Part shown: in pieces, positions 43,885 through 50,844 of the stretch
Position numbering within the stretch: position 1 is the first letter of the stretch
Layout: every line of letters begins with the position of its first letter
NCBI GenBank assembly: GCA_030037225.1
Contig: JASHRU010000403.1
Coordinates: forward strand, 1 to 50,844
DNA length: 50,844 nucleotides
Direction: 5' to 3'
Origin: Candidatus Acidiferrales bacterium
GTDB taxonomy: Bacteria; Acidobacteriota; Terriglobia; Acidiferrales; UBA7541
Position numbers and translations under genes: made by a program
Notes under the pieces: generated by a model
Database searches by the model: none
What the model was told of the DNA's origin: nothing
The model's input: the letters and a program-made list of their open reading frames with translations, nothing else

Positions 43885-45984
43885 ATGCGAGAGAGACCAC
43901 AGTTGCATGTGACGCTGCGTCTGGCCCTGTTGCCCGCCTTGGTTCTGGTTCTCCCGGTTGCCTTCGCGGCACAGGCCCCTTCGACTGGGGCGCCACAAAA
44001 CCCTCCCGCCGGAACCACTGCACCTCCCGCGCCGCAGTCCGAGTTGGACCGTAAGAGCGAAGCCTACTATCAGTTCACCATGGGGCGCATGTACGAGGAT
44101 CGCTACGAAGTTTCCGGGCTCGCCGAGTATGCCGGGCGCGCCATCGCCGCCTACAAACGCGCCTACGAGCTCGATTCACACTCCTCCGTCATCGGCGAAC
44201 GCCTCGCCGAATCCTATGCGCGTGCCGGTCGCATTCCCGAAGCGATCGCCGAAGCCGAAGGTGTGCTCAAGCAAGACCCTGCAAATCTTCCCGCCCGCCG
44301 CATCCTCGCGCGCATTTACGTTCGCTCCCTCGGCGACATGGAATCCAGCTCGGGGCAAAAGGAAATGGTGGACCTCGCCATTCGGCAGTACCGCGAAATC
44401 GTCCGTCTGGATCCCTCGGATTCCGAATCCCAGCTCTGGCTCGCTCGTCTTTACCGCCTCGAACAGCACGATAGCGACGCCGAAGCCGTTCTGCGCGCCG
44501 GGCTCGTAGGCGCGCCCGACGATGAAGGTTTGCTTCGCCAAATGGCCTTGCTTCTTCTCGATCAGGGACGCGGCCAGGAAGCCGTAGCCCTGCTCGAGCC
44601 GGTGATTAACAGGACCCCCACCGCCGATTGGTTGGGGCTGCTCGGCGAGGCCTACGCCAAACAACAGAACTATCCCGGTGCCGAGGACGCCTGCCGCAAG
44701 GCTGTCGATCTTCAGCCCGAGAACGCCTCCGCGCGGAAATGTCTGGGCGAGGCCCTGCTCCTTCAGGAGAAATACCAGGGCGCGCTCGAACAATATCTCC
44801 GGCTCGCAGAGCTGGAGCCCAACGATCCCCAGCATTTCCTGCGCCTCGCGCTCATCTACCGCCGACTGGGCCAGCTCGACAAAGCCGAAGAAAGCATGAT
44901 GCGCGCCAAGGAGAACGCGCCCGGCAATCTGGAAGTCATCTACAACGAAGCGCTCACCTACCGTGCCCAGGGCCGCTTTAACGATGCTATCCGCGTCCTC
45001 AGCGATGCTGTGGCAGCCGCCAAGGGCGCCGAGCGCCCCTCCACCATGGCCATCCTCTACGAACAGCTCGGCGCGCTTTTCCGCGAAGTTGAAAACTATT
45101 CCGCCGCGATCGAAACCTTCGACGCCCTGCGCCAGCTCGGCCCCGACCAGGATAAGCGCGCTCGCGAGCTGATTATCGATACCTACCGCATGGACCGCCA
45201 ACTCGGAAAGGCTCTCGTGGAATCCGAGCAGGCCATCGCCGCGTATCCCGGCGATCGGTCGTTCGTCATCACGCGCGCCGTGCTTCTGGCCGAAAAAGGC
45301 GACCCCGCCGAGGGCGCTTCGCTCATCCACGGCCTCATGAAGGATTCACCCAACGATTTCGAGCTTTACCTCACCCTCGCCCAGGTGTACGAGCGTGGCC
45401 GCAAGTTCCGCGAGGCGGAAGAAGCCGCGCTGGAAGCGGAAAAACTTGCCGGACGCAAGCCCGACCGCATCATGGTCTGGTTCCTCAGGGGCGCCATTGC
45501 CGAGCGGCAAAAGAAATTCGACGACGCGGAAGAACAGTTCAAGCGCGTCCTCGCCGCTGACCCGGCCGAAAGCTCTACGCTCAATTACTACGGCTACATG
45601 CTCGCCGACCGCGGCATTCGCCTCGACGAGGCGGTCGGGCTCATCCAGCGCGCGCTGGCCGCTGAGCCGTACAACGGCGCCTTCCTCGACAGCCTCGGCT
45701 GGGCCTACTTCAAGCAAGGGAAGCTCGACGCGGCGCGCACAGAGCTGGAGAGGGCTGTCGCTCGCACCGCCCACGACCCGACCGTCCGCGAGCATCTCGG
45801 CGAGGTGTACTACAAGATGGGCCGGCCCACGCAGGCCCTTGCCGAGTGGACAAAAGCCCAGGCCTTCTGGCGCGAGGTCGTTCCCGCCGACTACGAGTCC
45901 GACCGGGCCGCCGAGCTCGACAGGAAAATCAGCCAGTTGAAGCGCGAAATGGCCCAAACCGCCGCACCCTCCTCCAAGCCGTGA
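43885..45984 (+). CDS. Secreted tetratricopeptide-repeat (TPR) protein
   Basis: With the ATG at 43885 the product starts MRERPQLHVTLRLALLPALVLVLPVAFAAQAP (signal peptide). Many 34-aa A/Y/L-patterned repeats follow. Confidence 0.8.
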   Translation: MRERPQLHVTLRLALLPALVLVLPVAFAAQAPSTGAPQNPPAGTTAPPAPQSELDRKSEAYYQFTMGRMYEDRYEVSGLAEYAGRAIAAYKRAYELDSHSSVIGERLAESYARAGRIPEAIAEAEGVLKQDPANLPARRILARIYVRSLGDMESSSGQKEMVDLAIRQYREIVRLDPSDSESQLWLARLYRLEQHDSDAEAVLRAGLVGAPDDEGLLRQMALLLLDQGRGQEAVALLEPVINRTPTADWLGLLGEAYAKQQNYPGAEDACRKAVDLQPENASARKCLGEALLLQEKYQGALEQYLRLAELEPNDPQHFLRLALIYRRLGQLDKAEESMMRAKENAPGNLEVIYNEALTYRAQGRFNDAIRVLSDAVAAAKGAERPSTMAILYEQLGALFREVENYSAAIETFDALRQLGPDQDKRARELIIDTYRMDRQLGKALVESEQAIAAYPGDRSFVITRAVLLAEKGDPAEGASLIHGLMKDSPNDFELYLTLAQVYERGRKFREAEEAALEAEKLAGRKPDRIMVWFLRGAIAERQKKFDDAEEQFKRVLAADPAESSTLNYYGYMLADRGIRLDEAVGLIQRALAAEPYNGAFLDSLGWAYFKQGKLDAARTELERAVARTAHDPTVREHLGEVYYKMGRPTQALAEWTKAQAFWREVVPADYESDRAAELDRKISQLKREMAQTAAPSSKP

Positions 45985-46006
45985 CGCCTTTCGGCGCACT
46001 CCTCCG

Positions 46007-46888
46007 ATGAAGTCCATCCGTCTTCCCGCCTTCGCAAAAATCAATGAATCCCTCTGCGTTCTCGGCCGCCGTCCCGATGGCTACCACGAGCTGCGCACCA
46101 TCTTTCAATCCATCGGATTGCACGACACGCTGGAGATTTCGCTCGTCCGCGGCGCCGCCATCCGTCTCGAGTGCGACGATCCCGCTCTGCCCACAGGCCG
46201 CGAAAATCTCGTCTGGCGCGCCGTGGCTGCGGCCCGCCGTGCCCTCGGCCTTCGCTCCGGAATCCGCGTGCGCCTCGAAAAGCGCATCCCCGTGGGCCGC
46301 GGGCTCGGCGGAGGTTCGAGCGACGCCGCCGTTGCCCTCATCGCAGTCGAGTACCTCGCCAATCGCAAGCTCGCTCCCGAACGCCGCGCTCGTATTGCCG
46401 CCCAACTAGGCTCCGACGTGCCCTTTTTTCTCTACGGCGGTCGCGCGCTCGGATTGGGCCGCGGCCAGGAACTCTACCCTTTGGCCGACCGCGCCAAGCG
46501 GTTCATCGTTGTCGTTTCTCCCGCCTCCATCGCCGTTAGCACCCGCGCGGCCTACAGTTGGCTCCGCGCGCCGCGGTTGACTTCCCGCCTCGCTGCCCCT
46601 AAACTGAATGCATTCTGCGCTCTCTGTTGGAGCGGCCAGGGGTCTTCCCTCGTGAATGATTTCGAGGGGCCGGTGTTTCGGCGTTACCCCCGGCTGGCGC
46701 GCATCAAGCGCGTCTTGCTCGAACATGGAGCTGCGGGAGCAGCGCTGGCGGGCAGCGGTTCGGCGGTGTTCGGTGAATTCCAGTCCCCAGCGCACGCGCG
46801 CCGTGCCGCGAATCTGTTTCCGGACGACCAGGTTTTCATCTCGGAGACGGTTACCAGGGAAGAGTATCTCCGCGCTTTAGAGGGCTAG
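46007..46888 (+). CDS. ispE: 4-(cytidine 5'-diphospho)-2-C-methyl-D-erythritol kinase
   Basis: PAFAKINESLCVLGRRPDGYHEL and the GHMP kinase motif IPVGRGLGGGSSDAA. Confidence 0.9.
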   Translation: MKSIRLPAFAKINESLCVLGRRPDGYHELRTIFQSIGLHDTLEISLVRGAAIRLECDDPALPTGRENLVWRAVAAARRALGLRSGIRVRLEKRIPVGRGLGGGSSDAAVALIAVEYLANRKLAPERRARIAAQLGSDVPFFLYGGRALGLGRGQELYPLADRAKRFIVVVSPASIAVSTRAAYSWLRAPRLTSRLAAPKLNAFCALCWSGQGSSLVNDFEGPVFRRYPRLARIKRVLLEHGAAGAALAGSGSAVFGEFQSPAHARRAANLFPDDQVFISETVTREEYLRALEG

Positions 46889-46944
46889 CTGGCCCTGCGC
46901 GCGTGGGAAGGCCTTTCGGTCCCGCTGCGCTGGACCGGTGGCAG

Positions 46945-46968
46945 CGGCGGAATCTCCGCCGTTTTCTC
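46945..46968 (+). terminator. Candidate intrinsic terminator downstream of ispE
   Basis: CGGCGG-AATCT-CCGCCG followed by TTTTCTC. The stem is short (6 bp). Confidence 0.35.
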
Positions 46969-47008
46969 AAATTCCAGGCCGCGCGCGCCGCGGCTTTCGG
47001 GGAATCTT

Positions 47009-47953
47009 TTGGTTGACGAGCGATTCAAGCTGTTCTCGGGCTCGGCCAATCGTCCGCTCGCTGAGGAGATCGGACGCGCGCTGCACGTCCCGCTGGGCCA
47101 ATGCGCCCTCGGCCGCTTCAGCGACGGCGAGATCTATTTCCAGATTCTCGAAAACGTGCGCGGCGCCGACGTCTTCGTCGTCCAGCCCTGCTGCCATCCC
47201 GTGGACCAGCACCTCGTCGAGCTGCTGATGATGATCGACGCCTTCAAGCGCGCCTCGGCCTGGCGCATCACTGCCGTCGTGCCCTACTACTGCTATGCCC
47301 GCCAGGACCGCAAAGACAAGCCGCGCGTTCCCATATCCGCCAAGCTCGTCGCCGACCTGCTCGAAACCGCCGGCTCCAGCCGCGCCCTCACCATGGACCT
47401 CCACGCCCCGCAGATTCAGGGCTACTTCAACATTCCCGTGGACCATCTCTACGCCACTCCGGTGATGGTCGACTACTTCGCCAAGCTCGCCAAGGCCCAG
47501 TACACCGTCGTTTCGCCCGACGCCGGCGGCGTCGAGCGAGCGCGCTTCTTCGGAAAAAAGATCAATGCGCCCCTCGCCATCATGGACAAGCGCCGCATCG
47601 AAATGAACGTGGCCGAAGTCATGAACGTCATCGGCGACGTTCGCGGTCGTCCCGCGCTCATCATCGACGACATGATCGACACTGCCGGAACCCTCGTAAA
47701 GACCACCGAGGCCCTCCTCGACCACGGCGCCACCGCTGTTTCTGCCTGCTGTACCCATGCCGTGCTCTCCGGCCCGGCCGTCGAGCGCATTTCCAAGTCG
47801 GCGCTCACCGAAGTCGTCGTTACCGACACGATTCCGCTCTCGCCCGCGGCAAAGGCCTGCGGAAAAATCAAGGCTCTCAGCGTGGCCAGCCTCTTCGCCC
47901 GTGGCATTCAGTCGATTCATGAGGAAAGTTCGATTAGCGAGTTGTTTATCTAA
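47009..47953 (+). CDS. prs: Ribose-phosphate pyrophosphokinase
   Basis: FKLFSGSANRPLAEEI, VPYYCYARQDRK and the PRPP loop LIIDDMIDTAGT. TTG start with a GGGGA RBS. Confidence 0.92.
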   Translation: MVDERFKLFSGSANRPLAEEIGRALHVPLGQCALGRFSDGEIYFQILENVRGADVFVVQPCCHPVDQHLVELLMMIDAFKRASAWRITAVVPYYCYARQDRKDKPRVPISAKLVADLLETAGSSRALTMDLHAPQIQGYFNIPVDHLYATPVMVDYFAKLAKAQYTVVSPDAGGVERARFFGKKINAPLAIMDKRRIEMNVAEVMNVIGDVRGRPALIIDDMIDTAGTLVKTTEALLDHGATAVSACCTHAVLSGPAVERISKSALTEVVVTDTIPLSPAAKACGKIKALSVASLFARGIQSIHEESSISELFI

Positions 47954-48012
47954 AACGAAGCGAGTTCAGCAGCCGCGCCGCCCGGTCCGGCGCGCGCGGC
48001 GGGGAAGGACGT

Positions 48013-48759
48013 ATGCAGCAGATCGTCATTCAGGGTAAGAAGCGGGAAGACCGCGGCAAGAACGCCATGCGCCGCCTGCGCAGTGCTGGCAGGGTGCCCG
48101 GCGTCCTCTACGGCGGAACCGGTAAGCCCGTTCCCGTCGCGCTCGAGGCCCAGCAATTGGCCCCCTTGTTCCGCACCGAATCGGGCCACAACGCCCTTCT
48201 CAACGTGAAAATCGAAGGGCTCAGCGAGGAGCTCGCCGTCCTCAAGGATTGGCAGTGCGATCCGCTCCACGGCAGCCTGCTCCACGTGGACCTGCTCCGC
48301 GTGGCCAAGGACGTCCGCATGCGCGTCCGCGTTCCCGTCCACACCACCGGCGATCCCCAGGGCGTCAAGATCCAGGGTGGCGTCTTCGAAGTCATTTCGC
48401 GCGAGGTCGAAATCGAGTGTTTGCCCGTGGACATCCCGGAGGAGTTCCGCGTCGACGTTTCCGGCCTCATGATCGGCAAGCAGCTTCGCTTCTCCGATCT
48501 GCCTCTCGACCCTGCCAAGATGAAGCTCGTCAGCGAGGCCAGAACCGTGATCGCCCACGTCGTGGCTCCGAAGAAGGAGGAGGAAGTCGCGCCCGAGGCT
48601 GCGGCTGCGGCTGCGGCCACGCCCGCCGAGCCCGAACTCATCAAGAAGGGCAAGAAGGAAGAGGAAGGCGAAGGAGAAGAGGGGGCGGCTCCCGCGCCGA
48701 AGGCGGCCGAGAAACCGGCCAAGGCAGAAAAGCCCGAGAAGTCGGAGAAGAAAAGGTAG
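48013..48759 (+). CDS. rplY: 50S ribosomal protein L25 / general stress protein Ctc, with acidic/lysine-rich C-terminal tail
   Basis: RRLRSAGRVPGVLYGG and the two-domain Ctc form. The tail is ...KKEEEVAPEAAAAAAATPAEPELIKKGKKEEEGEGEEG...KPEKSEKKR. Confidence 0.9.
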   Translation: MQQIVIQGKKREDRGKNAMRRLRSAGRVPGVLYGGTGKPVPVALEAQQLAPLFRTESGHNALLNVKIEGLSEELAVLKDWQCDPLHGSLLHVDLLRVAKDVRMRVRVPVHTTGDPQGVKIQGGVFEVISREVEIECLPVDIPEEFRVDVSGLMIGKQLRFSDLPLDPAKMKLVSEARTVIAHVVAPKKEEEVAPEAAAAAAATPAEPELIKKGKKEEEGEGEEGAAPAPKAAEKPAKAEKPEKSEKKR

Positions 48760-48840
48760 CGGCCTCCGGGAGCCGCGCGGCGCTCGCTCCTGCGCCGCGG
48801 CAATCCGGCAGCGAGCCGCGGGAATTCGTCGGAAGCGCCC

Positions 48841-49434
48841 ATGTGGCTCATCGTCGGATTGGGAAATCCCGGTTACGAGTACGCCTGGACGCCGCATAAC
48901 CTCGGCTTCCTGGTGATCGACCTTCTCGCCGAGCGCGCGGCCATTCGCGTCGAGCGGCCGGAGGCCAAGTCGTATGTGGGCAAGGGACGCATCGCTCGTG
49001 AGGATGTCGCGCTCGTCAAGCCGCAAACGTACGTGAACTTGAGCGGTATGGCGGTCGCCGAGCTCGCGGAGCGTTGCGAAGTTCCGCCCGCCCGGATTTT
49101 GATCGTGGTGGACGATGTCGCTCTCCCCTGGGGCAGCCTGCGCATCCGCGAACGCGGCAGCGCCGGCGGCCATAACGGGTTGAAGTCCGTCATCGCCGCG
49201 CTGGGGACGGATGAATTCATCCGCCTGCGCATCGGGATTCAGCCGGACTATCCCGTCGGCGATCTCGCGGCCTACGTCCTGCACCGCATGGGCAAGGCCG
49301 AGCGCAATGCCGCCGTCGAGCTGGTCACGCTCGCGGCGGATGCCGTGGAATGCGCCGTCCATGAGGGCGTGCGCCGTGCCATGAACCGCTTCAACCGCAA
49401 GGCGCAGCCGCCGGCGGATGGAGAAGCTTCGTAG
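48841..49434 (+). CDS. pth: Peptidyl-tRNA hydrolase
   Basis: MWLIVGLGNPGYEYAWTPHNLGF and GSAGGHNGLKS. Confidence 0.92.
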   Translation: MWLIVGLGNPGYEYAWTPHNLGFLVIDLLAERAAIRVERPEAKSYVGKGRIAREDVALVKPQTYVNLSGMAVAELAERCEVPPARILIVVDDVALPWGSLRIRERGSAGGHNGLKSVIAALGTDEFIRLRIGIQPDYPVGDLAAYVLHRMGKAERNAAVELVTLAADAVECAVHEGVRRAMNRFNRKAQPPADGEAS

Positions 49435-49477
49435 GGGCAAGTCCCGAAGCTTCGGGACCGTGCCCCATTTGAGGCGA
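49429..49477. repeat. REP-like composite palindrome (module P1 nested inside module P2)
   Basis: TCGTAGGGGCA-A-GTCCCGAAGCTTCGGGAC-C-GTGCCCCATTTGAGGCG. The inner element is a perfect 18-nt palindrome at 49441-49458. The outer arms are GGGGCA (49434-49439) and TGCCCC (49461-49466). It overlaps the pth stop codon. Confidence 0.7.
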
Positions 49478-49565
49478 AGTATTGAGTTCGGGTCCGGTTC
49501 CTCAGTCGCGGGTCCGGCCTGAGGCTCTTCTCGTCGGTCGCAAAAGGGAGAACGGAGAAAAAAGT

Positions 49566-49991
49566 ATGGAAGAACGACTCTACGACCTGATTTTCATCTG
49601 CCGGCCCGCCACGCCGGAAGAGGAAATCGACAAGATCATTTCCACCCTGGAGAACGCCGTCACCGAACGCGGCGGCAAAGTGGACAAGAAGGAAAAGTGG
49701 GGCGCCCGCAAGATGGCCTACCGCGTCATGCGCCACCGCGAGGGCTATTACGTTCTCCTCGTCGTGCGCTCCTCACAGAGCGACACTGTCCACGAGCTCG
49801 AGCGCCGCCTGAAAGTCAACGACGCCGTCATCAAGTACATGACCGTGCGCCTCGACGAAGACATGAAGCGCCAAAAGCGGCTCCAACAGCGGCGCGAACG
49901 CAAGGCTGCTCGCCGGCCTCGCCCCTCGCGCCCCGCCCATTCTCATCCGGGTGCCGAACAGCCTGCGGCCGCCGCACCGCAGCAGCCATAA
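49566..49991 (+). CDS. rpsF: 30S ribosomal protein S6 with basic/Pro-rich C-terminal tail
   Basis: With the ATG at 49566 the product starts MEERLYDLIFICRPATPEEEIDKII...KWGARKMAYRV. A purine-rich RBS lies upstream. The ORF-track start at 49482 is an extension. Confidence 0.9.
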   Translation: MEERLYDLIFICRPATPEEEIDKIISTLENAVTERGGKVDKKEKWGARKMAYRVMRHREGYYVLLVVRSSQSDTVHELERRLKVNDAVIKYMTVRLDEDMKRQKRLQQRRERKAARRPRPSRPAHSHPGAEQPAAAAPQQP

Positions 49992-50006
49992 CACCAGGAG
50001 GATACC

Positions 50007-50465
50007 GTGCCCGACGAGACCAAAAACGAATCGCAACCCAATCCGCCCCAGGAACAACCGAAGGCCGCGGAAGCCCCGCGTGCCGAGGCTCCGCATGCGG
50101 AAAGCAAGCCCGCCGAGCCGCGCCCCCATTCGCCGCGCCCCTCGGAAGGCCGCCCCCGCTCCGAGGGCCGCGGCGGCGATGGCCGTGGGGGCGAATCGCG
50201 CGGCCCGCGCGACGCCGGCCGCGAAGGTGGCAAGCGCGGTCGCCGCGGCTTCTTCCGCAAGAAGAAGGTCTGCCGCTTCTGCGTGGATCGCGTGGACTAC
50301 ATCGATTACAAGAAGCCCGAGCAGTTGATGACCTTCATTCAGGAACGCGGAAAGATTGTGCCCCGGCGCATCACCGGCACCTGTTCGCGCCATCAACGCT
50401 GGCTCGCCGAAGCCATCAAGCGTGCGCGCAATATCGCGCTCATGCCCTTCGGCGGCGTGCGTTAG
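50007..50465 (+). CDS. rpsR: 30S ribosomal protein S18 with ~80 aa low-complexity N-terminal extension
   Basis: The conserved core is [66 protein letters not shown]. The GTG start at 50007 lies 4 nt after AGGAGGA. No in-frame ATG occurs before the core. Confidence 0.88.
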   Translation: MPDETKNESQPNPPQEQPKAAEAPRAEAPHAESKPAEPRPHSPRPSEGRPRSEGRGGDGRGGESRGPRDAGREGGKRGRRGFFRKKKVCRFCVDRVDYIDYKKPEQLMTFIQERGKIVPRRITGTCSRHQRWLAEAIKRARNIALMPFGGVR

Positions 50466-50479
50466 GTTTCTGTTCTCAT

Positions 50480-50506
50480 CCCGGTCCCGAAGCTTCGGGA
50501 CCCGGG
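50480..50506. repeat. REP-like palindrome, module P1
   Basis: CCCGGTCCCGAAGCTTCGGGACCCGGG. The perfect 20-nt palindrome is at 50483-50502. The core is identical to 49441-49458. Confidence 0.7.
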
Positions 50507-50532
50507 AGGGATCTGCTGTCCGTCCTTCGCAT

Positions 50533-50570
50533 TCGTAGGGGCACGACATTGTCGTGCCCCAGTTGAGGCG
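50533..50570. repeat. REP-like palindrome, module P2
   Basis: TCGTAGGGGCACGAC-ATT-GTCGTGCCCCAGTTGAGGCG. The stem is 10 bp (50538-50560). It shares the flanks TCGTAGGGGCA and GTGCCCCA(T/G)TTGAGGCG with the 49429-49477 copy. Confidence 0.7.
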
Positions 50571-50614
50571 GCTGCTATCTCGGTTCGAGCGGAAGGTCAG
50601 AGAGAGGAACGATC

Positions 50615-50844
50615 ATGCAAATCATCCTTCAGGAAGACGTCGAAAAACTCGGCCATCGCGGCCAGGTCGTCGAGGTGGCGGAAGGCTACGCTCGCAATTA
50701 TCTTCTTCCCCGAAAACTCGCCCTGCCCGTGAGCCCTGGCAATCTCAAGCAGCTCGAACAGATCAAGCGTTCCCTCGCCAAGCGCGAAGCCACCGAACGC
50801 GAAGGCGCCCAGAAGCAAGCCGAGTTGCTCGGCACTCTCATCGT
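50615..50844 (+). CDS. rplI: 50S ribosomal protein L9 (5' part, cut by the window end)
   Basis: The ATG at 50615 follows a GAGAGAGGAA purine tract. The translation is MQIILQEDVEKLGHRGQVVEVAEGYARNYLLPRKLALPVSPGNLKQLEQIK... It is absent from the ORF track because no stop is reached. The listed minus ORF 50597..50818 is its shadow. Confidence 0.9.
   Translation, partial: MQIILQEDVEKLGHRGQVVEVAEGYARNYLLPRKLALPVSPGNLKQLEQIKRSLAKREATEREGAQKQAELLGTLI

Noticed and set aside
46889-47008. A tRNA gene between ispE and prs.
   Set aside because: No cloverleaf, no GTTCGAATC-like T-arm and no acceptor-stem pairing is visible. There are only short GC hairpins.
50597-50818. The 73-aa minus ORF at the window end.
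   Set aside because: It is the antisense shadow of rplI, whose plus-strand translation (MQIILQEDVEKLG...) is unmistakable.
1-50844. The glycan locus as a horizontally acquired island, CRISPR array, prophage or defence system.
   Set aside because: I saw no integrase, transposase, flanking tRNA, direct-repeat array or recognisable defence genes. By eye, composition looks uniform with the housekeeping part.

Overview
This is a visibly GC-rich 50.8 kb bacterial window. I found no rRNA, tRNA, CRISPR array, transposase or integrase. Gene content (futalosine-pathway genes, many TPR and GT-C proteins, r-proteins with low-complexity tails) suggests an Acidobacteriota-like genome, but that is inference only.

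There are three blocks:

(1) Bases 1-33.5 kb form a very large cell-envelope glycan locus.
- A divergent pair of units at 485-3711 carries a GT-C membrane glycosyltransferase, a SAM-methyltransferase and a GtrB/ArnC-like GT2.
- It is followed by a 17-gene, ~25 kb plus-strand operon (3804-29135). Many of its junctions are ATGA/GTGA stop-start overlaps.
- The operon encodes 3 more GT-C proteins, 2 methyltransferases, 6 GT4 enzymes, a Wzy/O-antigen-ligase-like protein and two AsnB-type amidotransferases.
- It also encodes a WecA/MraY-type initiating transferase with a long C-terminal extension, a heparinase II/III-like protein and a fused MDR + Gfo/Idh/MocA oxidoreductase.
- Next come UDP-glucuronate decarboxylase, a processive CslA/CesA-like GT2 and a GT87/DUF2029-like GT-C protein.
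- No Wzx, Wzz, Wza or ABC exporter is visible.

(2) Bases 33.5-41.3 kb carry a minus-strand menaquinone (futalosine-route) unit: an ICMT-like methyltransferase, ubiX, a UbiA/MqnP-like prenyltransferase, an MqnE/MqnC radical-SAM enzyme and a LolA-like secreted protein. The block also holds a frameshifted larB, a Zn-alcohol dehydrogenase, a small membrane protein and selA.

(3) Bases 41.3-50.8 kb are housekeeping genes: a hypothetical protein with a 9-proline run, purH, a secreted TPR protein, and ispE-prs-ctc(rplY)-pth-rpsF-rpsR-rplI. The rplI gene is cut by the window end and is missing from the ORF track.

Most notable observations:
- the unusual density of GT-C enzymes with a lipid-sugar synthase and methyltransferases;
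- a methyltransferase gene remnant;
- the larB frameshift;
- modular REP-like palindromes around rpsF-rpsR;
- disordered tails on L25, S6 and S18.

The many long ORFs antisense to real genes are GC-driven shadows.
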